A stretch of 64,000 bases of DNA from Planctomycetota bacterium (GTDB lineage Bacteria > Planctomycetota > GCA-002687715). The DNA is taken from contig SIAO01000002.1 of the NCBI GenBank assembly GCA_009691765.1, forward strand, positions 154,415-218,414, written 5' to 3'. Below, one piece after another: positions 46,259 to 54,535 of this stretch; position 1 is the stretch's first letter; every line of letters begins with the position of its first letter. The position numbers were made by a program, and so were the translations under genes. The notes below the pieces were generated by a model that worked only from the letters and a program-made list of their open reading frames with translations, was not told where the DNA came from and did not search any database.

Positions 46259-47377
46259 ATGACGCAGCTTTCAGAGGCCTTACTCCGCCGCATGCCCAAA
46301 GTGGCGCTGCATGAACATCTCGACGGGGGCCTGCGCACGGCCACCATCATTGAATTGGCCCGTGAAGTCGCATTGGACCTGCCAGCGAGCGACGCAGAAG
46401 GCCTCCGCGAGTGGTTTGAACGCGGAGCAAACAAGGGCTCTCTCGCCGAGTATTTGCAAGGATTCGCGGTGACCTGCGGCGTGATGCAAACGCGCGCCGC
46501 TCTCGAGCGCGTAGCAGCTGAAGCCCTGCATGACTTGGCCGCGGACGGCGTGGTCTATGCAGAGTTGCGCTTCGCTCCGGAGTTCCACACGGCTGGCGGT
46601 CTCGGTACTGAAGCCGTCATGGATGCAGTGCTGACGGGTCTTGAGCGTGGCGGTACAGAGTCTGGCACTCAGTGGGGCCTGATCGTCTGCGGCATGCGCT
46701 CTTCTCCGCCAGAAATGTCGTTGAAAATGGCAGAGCTCGCCGTGGCTTTCCGCGACCGAGGCTGCTTTGGCTTCGATCTCGCGGGCGATGAGTTTGGCAA
46801 TCCGCCCAAAGATCACCTTGATGCCTTCGAGTTCTGCCAGCGCGAAAACTTCAACATCACCATTCATGCCGGCGAAGCCTTCGGTGCGCCGTCCATTTGG
46901 CAGGCATTGCAATTCTGCGGCGCTCACCGCATTGGGCACTGCACACGCCTCGTGGAAGACATGGTCATTGCCGACGGAAAACCCATCGCGCTTGGCCGAC
47001 TGGCGCAGTACGTACTGGACCATCGCATTCCGCTCGAAGTGTGTTTGTCCTCGAATGTTCAAACTGGCGCCGTGGCTTCCCTCGCCGAGCATCCGCTGCG
47101 CCACTATTTGCGCCTGAACTTCAGAGTCACTTTGAACTCCGACAATCGCTTGATGTCAGGCACCTGTTTGACCAAGGAACACATGATTGCCCAAGAGCAC
47201 TTCGACCTCGGCTTCGACGATCACGAGAAGTTAGTGATCAACGCAATGAAATCGGCGTTCACACCGTACCGACAGCGCTGCGCACTGATCTTCGGCATTC
47301 TGAAGCCGCAGTTTGCCGCCCTACGTCAAGAATTGGGCTTGCCGCCCGCGAGCTATCCGCGGCGCCGCGCGACCTGA
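46259..47377 (+). CDS. add: adenosine deaminase
   Basis: ORF trimmed to MTQLSEALLRRMPKVALHEHLDGGLR (metal-binding HxH). It also has SLNTDD-like SLNSDN and an HAGE block. Confidence 0.85.
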   Translation: MTQLSEALLRRMPKVALHEHLDGGLRTATIIELAREVALDLPASDAEGLREWFERGANKGSLAEYLQGFAVTCGVMQTRAALERVAAEALHDLAADGVVYAELRFAPEFHTAGGLGTEAVMDAVLTGLERGGTESGTQWGLIVCGMRSSPPEMSLKMAELAVAFRDRGCFGFDLAGDEFGNPPKDHLDAFEFCQRENFNITIHAGEAFGAPSIWQALQFCGAHRIGHCTRLVEDMVIADGKPIALGRLAQYVLDHRIPLEVCLSSNVQTGAVASLAEHPLRHYLRLNFRVTLNSDNRLMSGTCLTKEHMIAQEHFDLGFDDHEKLVINAMKSAFTPYRQRCALIFGILKPQFAALRQELGLPPASYPRRRAT

Positions 47378-47391
47378 GCAACGCAGTGTTG

Positions 47392-48729
47392 TCAGCGGCC
47401 TCGCCCACCGCCGCCTCGCCCACCGCCGCCACGTCCGCCACCGCCTTTGCGGCCACCACCGTTGTCGTCACCACCGCCGCCATACAGATCCTTGTCGACT
47501 TGCAAGTCGTTCACGACATTCTCGACATCGACTTCACCTGTGTACGGAGCGCCACCAAGTTGCGCCAGCGCCCAAAGCCCCACGGACTTCACTGGGTCTT
47601 TGTCACTCGGAACTTGCCGCTCTAACAAAGGCCGCGCATCCATGGCCTTCAACGCGCCGATGGCGTGATAGGCCGCGGTCCGCGCACCGCTGTTGCTAGA
47701 TAGAGCCAACTTCATCAACGCATGATCAATATCTTCATGCCGCGGTTGACCCTCGGCCACGCGGCACGCAGCAACATAATCCGCCTGCGCGGTCGAGCGC
47801 AACATCTTCAGGATGTGCACTCGCAACACTGCTGCGTCTTTCTCGCAAGTGGACAACGCACGCAGCAAATGCGCACGCACTCGGTCCTGTGTTTCTTTCA
47901 CCAAGACATCCAACAACGGTTTGGCGGATTCGCGCATGCCAATGCCTTCGAGAGCAGCAGCCACATGAATGCGAACTTGGGTGTCTTTCTGCTTCAAGAG
48001 TGCGTGAAGGCAGGGCAGAACTTTGGCATTGCCGCGCCCACGCATGGCGTCGATAGCTTCGAGGCGTCGCTGCGAATCGACCTCTGGGCCGGTCTGCGTC
48101 AACAAGAACTCCGCTACACGCGGATCGTCCTCTGTAGCCAGCGCCGACAACGCCATGCGGCGTTCGTCTTGATTGTTGCCGTCCGCCTGACGCAAGAGTT
48201 CGAGAACTCTGTCGCGCTGCTCCTTCAATTCAGGAGGCGCGTTCTTCGGATCATGGAAGGTGCTGGCGAGCTGCATCTTCTTGCGCAGCTCCTGCGCGGA
48301 CAGCAACCACACATGGCGCAAGAGCACTTTCTTGCCATCAGGCCCGAGGAACAAGAACTGCGGGGCCTCGACGACAGGCGAGTCCATGTAGGTAGTGCGC
48401 GCACGCTGTTCACAGGCTTCGTGCTGGCGACAAGTGAGCCCATCGAAAGTTGGGCAAGCATCCGCAGCGGCTTCACCATGCAATCCGATGCAACCGATCA
48501 GGCACACGAACTTGCGGCTCTCTGCAACCACACTCGCGTCGTGCAAGTGGTTGCGGGCCACATCCTCATTGGCGCTCTCGCCCTTCAAGAGGAACGTGAT
48601 CATGATGGGTTTGCCTTCAGCTTTGGCACGGGCCAACGCAGTGTCGAAGTCTTTCTCCCATTGAATGACGCGTGGATCTTGGGCGCACAAGCAGGCCGCA
48701 AGGACTAAGAGAGAAGTGAAGTTTTTCAT
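47392..48729 (-). CDS. secreted thioredoxin-like-fold + HEAT/ARM-repeat protein with C-terminal Gly-Arg (RGG-type) tail
   Basis: Trimmed to MKNFTSLLVLAACLCAQDPR (signal). It has a DUF255-like thioredoxin-fold region without CxxC, HEAT-like repeats, and the C-terminus GGGGRGGGGRGGGGRGR. Confidence 0.55.
   Translation of the reverse strand: MKNFTSLLVLAACLCAQDPRVIQWEKDFDTALARAKAEGKPIMITFLLKGESANEDVARNHLHDASVVAESRKFVCLIGCIGLHGEAAADACPTFDGLTCRQHEACEQRARTTYMDSPVVEAPQFLFLGPDGKKVLLRHVWLLSAQELRKKMQLASTFHDPKNAPPELKEQRDRVLELLRQADGNNQDERRMALSALATEDDPRVAEFLLTQTGPEVDSQRRLEAIDAMRGRGNAKVLPCLHALLKQKDTQVRIHVAAALEGIGMRESAKPLLDVLVKETQDRVRAHLLRALSTCEKDAAVLRVHILKMLRSTAQADYVAACRVAEGQPRHEDIDHALMKLALSSNSGARTAAYHAIGALKAMDARPLLERQVPSDKDPVKSVGLWALAQLGGAPYTGEVDVENVVNDLQVDKDLYGGGGDDNGGGRKGGGGRGGGGRGGGGRGR
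47401..47445. repeat. 3 tandem copies of a 15-bp unit (tcgcccaccgccgcc) encoding GGGGR repeats in the C-terminal tail
   Basis: Direct reading shows tcgcccaccgccgcc tcgcccaccgccgcc acgtccgccaccgcc. Confidence 0.6.
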
Positions 48730-48783
48730 GACGACTCCGAACCGTGGGCGGCGTGGGAACAGTTCCAATGTACTCAACACGCA

Positions 48784-49434
48784 CTAACGGCTGGGTCTTT
48801 CACCTGCCCCCCCTGTTTTTAGGAATTGTGCCGAAAACAACCGAGCTTCGCCCGCGCCATAGCGCCACAGGCGTCCCGCATCGGACCCTGCATAACCCAC
48901 GCCAATCCTAGGCCCGCGCACCCTATCTCGCGGCGGCACTTGCGGCGCTTTGAGGATGCGCAGCGCGCTTCTCGCGAGATCGAATCCATTCAAATTTCCG
49001 TCGATGCCAAACGCCTGACAAAGCCGCGCCGGCCCGCGACAAAGATCGCGCTCTGTGCAGCGAGGTCCGCGACGCGCACGCATCAAGTTCACGCCTTCAA
49101 TTGGCTCCACGGCTCTGATGAGAACGGCTTGCGGGTCGCCCTCCGCAGCGCACACGGCATTCAAGCACCAGTGCATGCCGTAGGTGAAGTAGACATAGGC
49201 TGCGCCCGGAGGACCCCACATCGTCTCCGTGCGCGGAGTTCGGCGCCCGCCAAAGGTGTGACACGCTCGATCGCGAACGCCGCAATAGGCTTCGGTCTCG
49301 ACAATGCGGCCAGCGCAGATTCCATCGGCGTTGCGCAACACCAGCCACTGACCCAACAAGTCCTTGGCCACTTGGCGTGCACCGCGCGCATAGAAACTCC
49401 GCGGCAACACTGGCGCATTCGGCACGAAACTCAT
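48784..49434 (-). CDS. mpg: DNA-3-methyladenine glycosylase (Mpg/AAG family)
   Basis: Trimmed to MSFVPNAPVL. It has Mpg blocks (GRIVETEAY, RTPRTE.M.GP.G..YVYFTYGMH.C.N) and a C-terminal extension relative to typical bacterial Mpg. Confidence 0.7.
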   Translation of the reverse strand: MSFVPNAPVLPRSFYARGARQVAKDLLGQWLVLRNADGICAGRIVETEAYCGVRDRACHTFGGRRTPRTETMWGPPGAAYVYFTYGMHWCLNAVCAAEGDPQAVLIRAVEPIEGVNLMRARRGPRCTERDLCRGPARLCQAFGIDGNLNGFDLARSALRILKAPQVPPRDRVRGPRIGVGYAGSDAGRLWRYGAGEARLFSAQFLKTGGAGERPSR

Positions 49435-49442
49435 GAGCGAGC

Positions 49443-50570
49443 TCAGGCCAGCGGAACCCACGCGCTGTCAGCGCTGCTCTTCAAACAGGCGTCGATGAAG
49501 CGCAGGCCGCGCACACCGTCGTGCACTGTGGGGAATGCGGCTTCGATGTCGGCATCACCGCGGATGCGACGCGCGAAGGCTCGGTACAGATTGGCGAACC
49601 CTTCGAGATAACCCTCAGGGTGCCCCGACGGCGTGCGGGTGAGACTGCGCGATGCGTCACTCGTTGTTGCACCGGCACTGCGCAACAACTTCACGCTCCC
49701 GTCTTCTTGGGTCCAATGCAAATCGTTCGGATGCTCTTGCTGCCACGCCAAAGCGCCCTTGGTGCCGAAGACACGCAAGGCCAAACCGTTTTCCCGCCCG
49801 AAGCACACTTGTGACGAGCACAGCACACCGCTGGCGCCACCTGCGAAACGCAAAAGCACCATGTCATCGTCGTCGAGGCGGCGGCCCGACACGAACGTGT
49901 GGAGCACCGCATGCAATTGCTCCACCCGCAGGCCACTCACATGCTCCAAGAGATTGAATGCGTGCGTGCCGATGTCACCGAGCGCGCCCACAGGCCCACT
50001 GCGCGCAGGATCGGTGCGCCATTCGGCTTGCTTATGGCCACCGCTTTCCAAATCCGAGCTCAACCAACCCTGCAAATACTCCACATACACTTTGCGCACC
50101 GTGCCGAGCGCGCCGCTGCGCACTAACTCCCGCGCTTCACGCACCATCGGATAGCCGGTGTAATTATGAGTGAGTGCGAAGTGCATCCCGCTGCGCTCGA
50201 CAGTTGCTGCCAGCGCTTCACCATCAGCAAGTGATGAAGACAACGGCTTATCGCAAATCACGTGAAAACCGCGCTCGAGGAACAAGCGCGCGGGCGCAAC
50301 ATGAAGGTGATTCGGCGTGACGATGCTCACCGCATGGATGCGCTGTTCTGGAGGCAAACGAGATTCCCCCTCCGCCATGGCTTCATAGCCCGCGTAAGCG
50401 CGTTCCGGCGCGATGCCAAGGGACGCTGCGGTTGCGCGCGTGTTCGCCATGTCGCGCGAGAAACACCCAGCCACCAATTCGAACTCACCGTCTAGCGCGA
50501 GTGCAATGCGGTGCACAGCGCCAATGAACGCGCCTTGGCCGCCGCCGATCATGCCGATGCGCAGTCGCAT
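49443..50570 (-). CDS. Gfo/Idh/MocA family NAD(P)-dependent oxidoreductase
   Basis: 375-aa ORF with an MRLRIGMIGGG Rossmann N-terminus and a GFO_IDH_MocA C-terminal domain. Confidence 0.85.
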   Translation of the reverse strand: MRLRIGMIGGGQGAFIGAVHRIALALDGEFELVAGCFSRDMANTRATAASLGIAPERAYAGYEAMAEGESRLPPEQRIHAVSIVTPNHLHVAPARLFLERGFHVICDKPLSSSLADGEALAATVERSGMHFALTHNYTGYPMVREARELVRSGALGTVRKVYVEYLQGWLSSDLESGGHKQAEWRTDPARSGPVGALGDIGTHAFNLLEHVSGLRVEQLHAVLHTFVSGRRLDDDDMVLLRFAGGASGVLCSSQVCFGRENGLALRVFGTKGALAWQQEHPNDLHWTQEDGSVKLLRSAGATTSDASRSLTRTPSGHPEGYLEGFANLYRAFARRIRGDADIEAAFPTVHDGVRGLRFIDACLKSSADSAWVPLA

Positions 50571-50581
50571 GAAAACTCTCC

Positions 50582-51634
50582 TCAGTCCAATCCGAGTACG
50601 CGACGATTCAAGCGCGCATCCGCTCCGCCAGCGAAGTCGTCGAAGGAGCGCTCCGTAACCTTGATGATGTGCCGCTTCACGAAGGTGGCGCCTTCAGCAG
50701 CACCGACCAGCGGATCTTTGTACGCGCACTCCCACTCCACCACCGCCCAGCCGGGATAACCGTGCTTGGCGAGGCGCGTGAAGATGCCGCTGAAATCCGT
50801 CTTGCCGTCGCCGAGCGAGCGGAATCTGCCGGGTTTGTCTGCCCAGCCTTGATAGCCGCCATAAACACCGCTGCGTCCATCACGCACCAGTTCCGCGTCC
50901 TTCACATGGAAGGCGCGAATGTGTTCGTGATAGATGTCGATGAACTCCAAGTAATCAATGTGCTGCAACACGAGATGCGATGGGTCGTAGAGAATCTTCA
51001 CACGCGGATGTTGACCACAAGCATCGCGGAAGCGTTCCCAGCTCACGCCATCGTGCGTGTCTTCGCCGGGATGCACTTCGAAGGCGCAGTCCACGCCGCA
51101 CTCTTCGGCCACCTCGAGAATCGGTTTCCAGCGACGCGCGAGTTCGGCGAAGGCTTCTTCCACCAATCCCGCAGGACGCGGCGGCCAAGAATAGAAATAG
51201 GGCCATGCGAGCGCACCTGAAAAGGTGGCCATCGCCGTGCATCCAAGATTGCGTGACGCACGCAGACACAGTTTCACTTGTTCCGCCGCCCAAGCAGCAC
51301 GCGCCTTCGGATTGCCGCGCACTTCCGGTGCCGCGAAACCATCGCAGAGTTCGTCGTAAGCCGGATGCACCGCCACAAGCTGCCCCTGCAAGTGCGTCGA
51401 CAATTCCGTCACTGCGAGGCCCTTGGCAGCGAGCTTGCCCGCATAGTCATCGCACCACGCTTTGGATTGCGCAGCTTGCTTCAAGTCCATGCAGCGCGCA
51501 TCCCATGTGGGAATCTGAACGCCGCAGTAGCCGAGCGAGGCCGCCCAACCAGCGATAGTGTCGAGCGTATTGAAGGGCGCTTGGTCGCCCATGTACTGCG
51601 CGAGAAACAGCCCTGGGCCCTTGATCGTCTTCAT
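50582..51634 (-). CDS. sugar phosphate isomerase/epimerase (xylose-isomerase-like TIM barrel)
   Basis: Trimmed to MKTIKGPGLF. It has AP_endonuc_2/xylose isomerase-like TIM-barrel blocks, including metal-ligand Glu/Asp/His positions (EVHPGED, HVKD). Confidence 0.7.
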   Translation of the reverse strand: MKTIKGPGLFLAQYMGDQAPFNTLDTIAGWAASLGYCGVQIPTWDARCMDLKQAAQSKAWCDDYAGKLAAKGLAVTELSTHLQGQLVAVHPAYDELCDGFAAPEVRGNPKARAAWAAEQVKLCLRASRNLGCTAMATFSGALAWPYFYSWPPRPAGLVEEAFAELARRWKPILEVAEECGVDCAFEVHPGEDTHDGVSWERFRDACGQHPRVKILYDPSHLVLQHIDYLEFIDIYHEHIRAFHVKDAELVRDGRSGVYGGYQGWADKPGRFRSLGDGKTDFSGIFTRLAKHGYPGWAVVEWECAYKDPLVGAAEGATFVKRHIIKVTERSFDDFAGGADARLNRRVLGLD

Positions 51635-51648
51635 AGCGCTGCGTTCTC

Positions 51649-52950
51649 TCAGTGCGCCACGGTTTTGCGCCGCGGATACATCACGAGGAAGAGAAGCAAA
51701 CACGCGAGGCTCGCCCACATGGGCACGCTGAACAGGCGGCTGTAGTCCATCTTGCCTTCCAATGTAGCCCACTTGGCCACTTGTCCGCTAATCCACGAAC
51801 CGACGATGACACCAACGCCGACGATCACGAGGTTGAAGAGGCTCTGTGCTGAGGCGCGCACGTCCTTCGACGTGTGTTCGTCCACCAAGATGAACGCGAG
51901 GAAGATGTAGCAACCAAAGATCACACCGTGCAGCGCCACGCCGCTGATGAGAATGGTCATGGGCGCGATGCCTGTCGCTGCACTCAGCGCATCCACTTCG
52001 GCGAAACACAACATGCGTAAGCCGTACGCAAACAAGCCAATGATGAGCAGCGCGCGCTTGCCCAGATCCTTCATCAGGAATCCCATACTGGCGAGCACGA
52101 GGATCTCGGACATTTGCCCGATGGTCATCAAGCCGCCACCACCCACGCCGAAGATCTGTGCAAACGGATCCGCCGCGCCGGAGGCGGCTTGCATCTTCCC
52201 GAGGAAACCCGAGGTGTGCACGAAATAGAACTGATGGATGCACGACACGGGCACCGCCAACAGGAACACCGTGCGCAGCTCCGGACTGCGAAAGATCTCG
52301 CCCAAGGCTTCTCCCCACGCATTGCGACTGATGCCTCGTTGTGGCGGCGTCGCCGGCAAGGTGAAGCAATAAACACCCATGGCAATGCCCAGCAAACCGC
52401 TGAGCTTGAACGCATCGGCCATGCCTTGCTGTTGAGCAGCTTCCAGCGCTGCACCACTCAACCCCGGTGGCGAATACTTGCTCAGCAGCCACTGGCCCAT
52501 CGTGATGCCCACGACGATCCAGCCGATCGTGCCCCACAAACGGACAGGCCCGAATTGCTTCTCGCGATCCGTCATATGCGTGAAGGCCAACGCATTGGTG
52601 AGCGGCATGGTGGGCGAATAGAGCAGGGAATAGAGCAGGGAGAAACACAAGAACGCCTCGAAGGAGTTCAGTGAAGCGAGCTGCCAGACCAAGACGCCAC
52701 CGAGAATGTGACTGATCGCGAGATAACGCTCGGTGTTGAACCAGCGGTCCGCCACTTGTCCGGCGATGAAAGGTGCGGCGATAGCTCCGCAGGCTCCCAC
52801 TCCAAAGATGATCGAAATCTGGTCCGCGCTGAACTTGTGCACACCGGCAAGAAACGGCCAAAGGAGTGGCAACCAAGCTCCCCAGATGGCGTACTGGAGG
52901 AACATCATGATGGAGAGTCTGCTTAGCATGCGCGCAAGCTTACCCGTCAC
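51649..52950 (-). CDS. MFS transporter (nucleoside/sugar:H+ symporter-like)
   Basis: 433-aa ORF with 12 predicted TM helices. It is co-oriented with the isomerase and oxidoreductase genes. Confidence 0.75.
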   Translation of the reverse strand: MTGKLARMLSRLSIMMFLQYAIWGAWLPLLWPFLAGVHKFSADQISIIFGVGACGAIAAPFIAGQVADRWFNTERYLAISHILGGVLVWQLASLNSFEAFLCFSLLYSLLYSPTMPLTNALAFTHMTDREKQFGPVRLWGTIGWIVVGITMGQWLLSKYSPPGLSGAALEAAQQQGMADAFKLSGLLGIAMGVYCFTLPATPPQRGISRNAWGEALGEIFRSPELRTVFLLAVPVSCIHQFYFVHTSGFLGKMQAASGAADPFAQIFGVGGGGLMTIGQMSEILVLASMGFLMKDLGKRALLIIGLFAYGLRMLCFAEVDALSAATGIAPMTILISGVALHGVIFGCYIFLAFILVDEHTSKDVRASAQSLFNLVIVGVGVIVGSWISGQVAKWATLEGKMDYSRLFSVPMWASLACLLLFLVMYPRRKTVAH

Positions 52951-52987
52951 ACTTCGGGCGGTCTGCCCCTGCGTGGGGCCAGCGCCT

Positions 52988-54466
52988 TCAGGGTTTACGA
53001 ACTATCACTGCATACGGTCCCGCGGGACCATTGAAATAGCGTGTCCAGTCTTCAGGCGAATGCTCGCGCATCACTTCCAAGAGCGCGCCGCCCTTCGCCG
53101 TCGCCCAATTGGTCCAAGGCAAGCCATCGCCGACTAGGCGATCGGTCACAAATGCGACCGTGCGCCCTTTTTGCACCAGTTCAAAGGCATCCACCAACAC
53201 CGCTGAATCCGTCGCATGAATGCGTGGGTAGATGTGCAAAAAACGCAGCGCATGGGCAGCGCGGTCATTCGAAAGCGTGAAGTACGCAGCGTCAGGTCCG
53301 GCCACCGCCACCACGGTTTCCACACTCTGCATGAGATTGCGTCGGCGCAAGTCGAGCAGGCCAGATCCATGCGTGGCCACTGCAAAAGCGCACAACGCAA
53401 GCAACAGGAGTGCGCCCAAGCGAGCACGAGCAGGTGCTTGGGCTCGCCCGGCTCCAAGGCTCGCCGCCAGCGCCGTCACGAGTGCAAGATTCAGCGCGTG
53501 CCATTCACAATTCTCGGGCTCAAACCATGTGGAAAATGGAATGCGCATTGCCAACGCGAACAGCACAGCCACGCCGAGTCGTTTCCGCGCGGCGTCTGCG
53601 CGCGCTAAACAGCCAGCCAACAACACAATGACACACCACGCCGAGCCTGCGAGTGCGTGAGGCCACACCGCCTCCGAGTATTGCCCGAATGTGGCGCTCC
53701 CGAGCGAGCGTGCGTAGATCGCGAGACGCTCTAAGCCATAGGCATGCGTCGCTGCCATCTGCGGCACATGCGCGTACAGCACCAACCACTCGTGGAAATG
53801 AATCTGCCGACCATCAAACTCGTAGCGCACGAATTGAAAACATGCGGCATACACGGCAAGTGTTGCCAATCCGGCGCAGCACAGCACTCGCAACAAGAGG
53901 CCGAATCGTCCGGGCCCAAGGCCCATCCACGCCGCAGTCAGTAGCGCCGGCAACAACAAGATGCTGTCTTGGCGCAGCGCCAACGCCACCACGATGCTGC
54001 TCCCGAATCTCCACGGCCGCACTCGCTCTGCTGTGGCTTCGCGCAGCGCCCATAGCGCAGCCGCGATGCTAGGCAGATTCACTTCTCCCACCGCCGTTTC
54101 CATGGCGCAGATGCGTGTCGTCGCGAAGGCGGCCGCGCAGCACACACCGAAAAGCAAACGCCCCTTAGCGAAACGCGCGATCAAAACGAGGGCGAAGGCC
54201 GCGCCGAGGCCCGCAAGAATGCGAGCCGCGACAAAGCCGGGGTGAGTGACGCCACAAACATCCAGTACGGGCATCAATGCGTTTTGCAGCGCATGAAACC
54301 CTGGGTGATGCGGATTCAGACTCCACTGCGGTTCGGTCTCGACGATGACGCCATAAATAATGCTGTCGTGGAGGCTGAAGGCGCCGTCGGCATCCAATGG
54401 AAAAAACCACAGCGCCCACGGCAGCGTGAGCAACGCAGCAAAGCACAGCCCCTTGGTGACGCCCAT
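52988..54466 (-). CDS. large polytopic membrane protein of unknown function (glycosyltransferase-like topology possible)
   Basis: 492-aa ORF with more than 10 hydrophobic helices; no motif could be assigned confidently by eye. Confidence 0.5.
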   Translation of the reverse strand: MGVTKGLCFAALLTLPWALWFFPLDADGAFSLHDSIIYGVIVETEPQWSLNPHHPGFHALQNALMPVLDVCGVTHPGFVAARILAGLGAAFALVLIARFAKGRLLFGVCCAAAFATTRICAMETAVGEVNLPSIAAALWALREATAERVRPWRFGSSIVVALALRQDSILLLPALLTAAWMGLGPGRFGLLLRVLCCAGLATLAVYAACFQFVRYEFDGRQIHFHEWLVLYAHVPQMAATHAYGLERLAIYARSLGSATFGQYSEAVWPHALAGSAWCVIVLLAGCLARADAARKRLGVAVLFALAMRIPFSTWFEPENCEWHALNLALVTALAASLGAGRAQAPARARLGALLLLALCAFAVATHGSGLLDLRRRNLMQSVETVVAVAGPDAAYFTLSNDRAAHALRFLHIYPRIHATDSAVLVDAFELVQKGRTVAFVTDRLVGDGLPWTNWATAKGGALLEVMREHSPEDWTRYFNGPAGPYAVIVRKP

Positions 54467-54535
54467 GTGCGAACAGCATAGCCCGCGTGAGCGTGCGCAC
54501 CGCTTCCGCTATGGTTTCAACCCTCGGAGCTCAAA

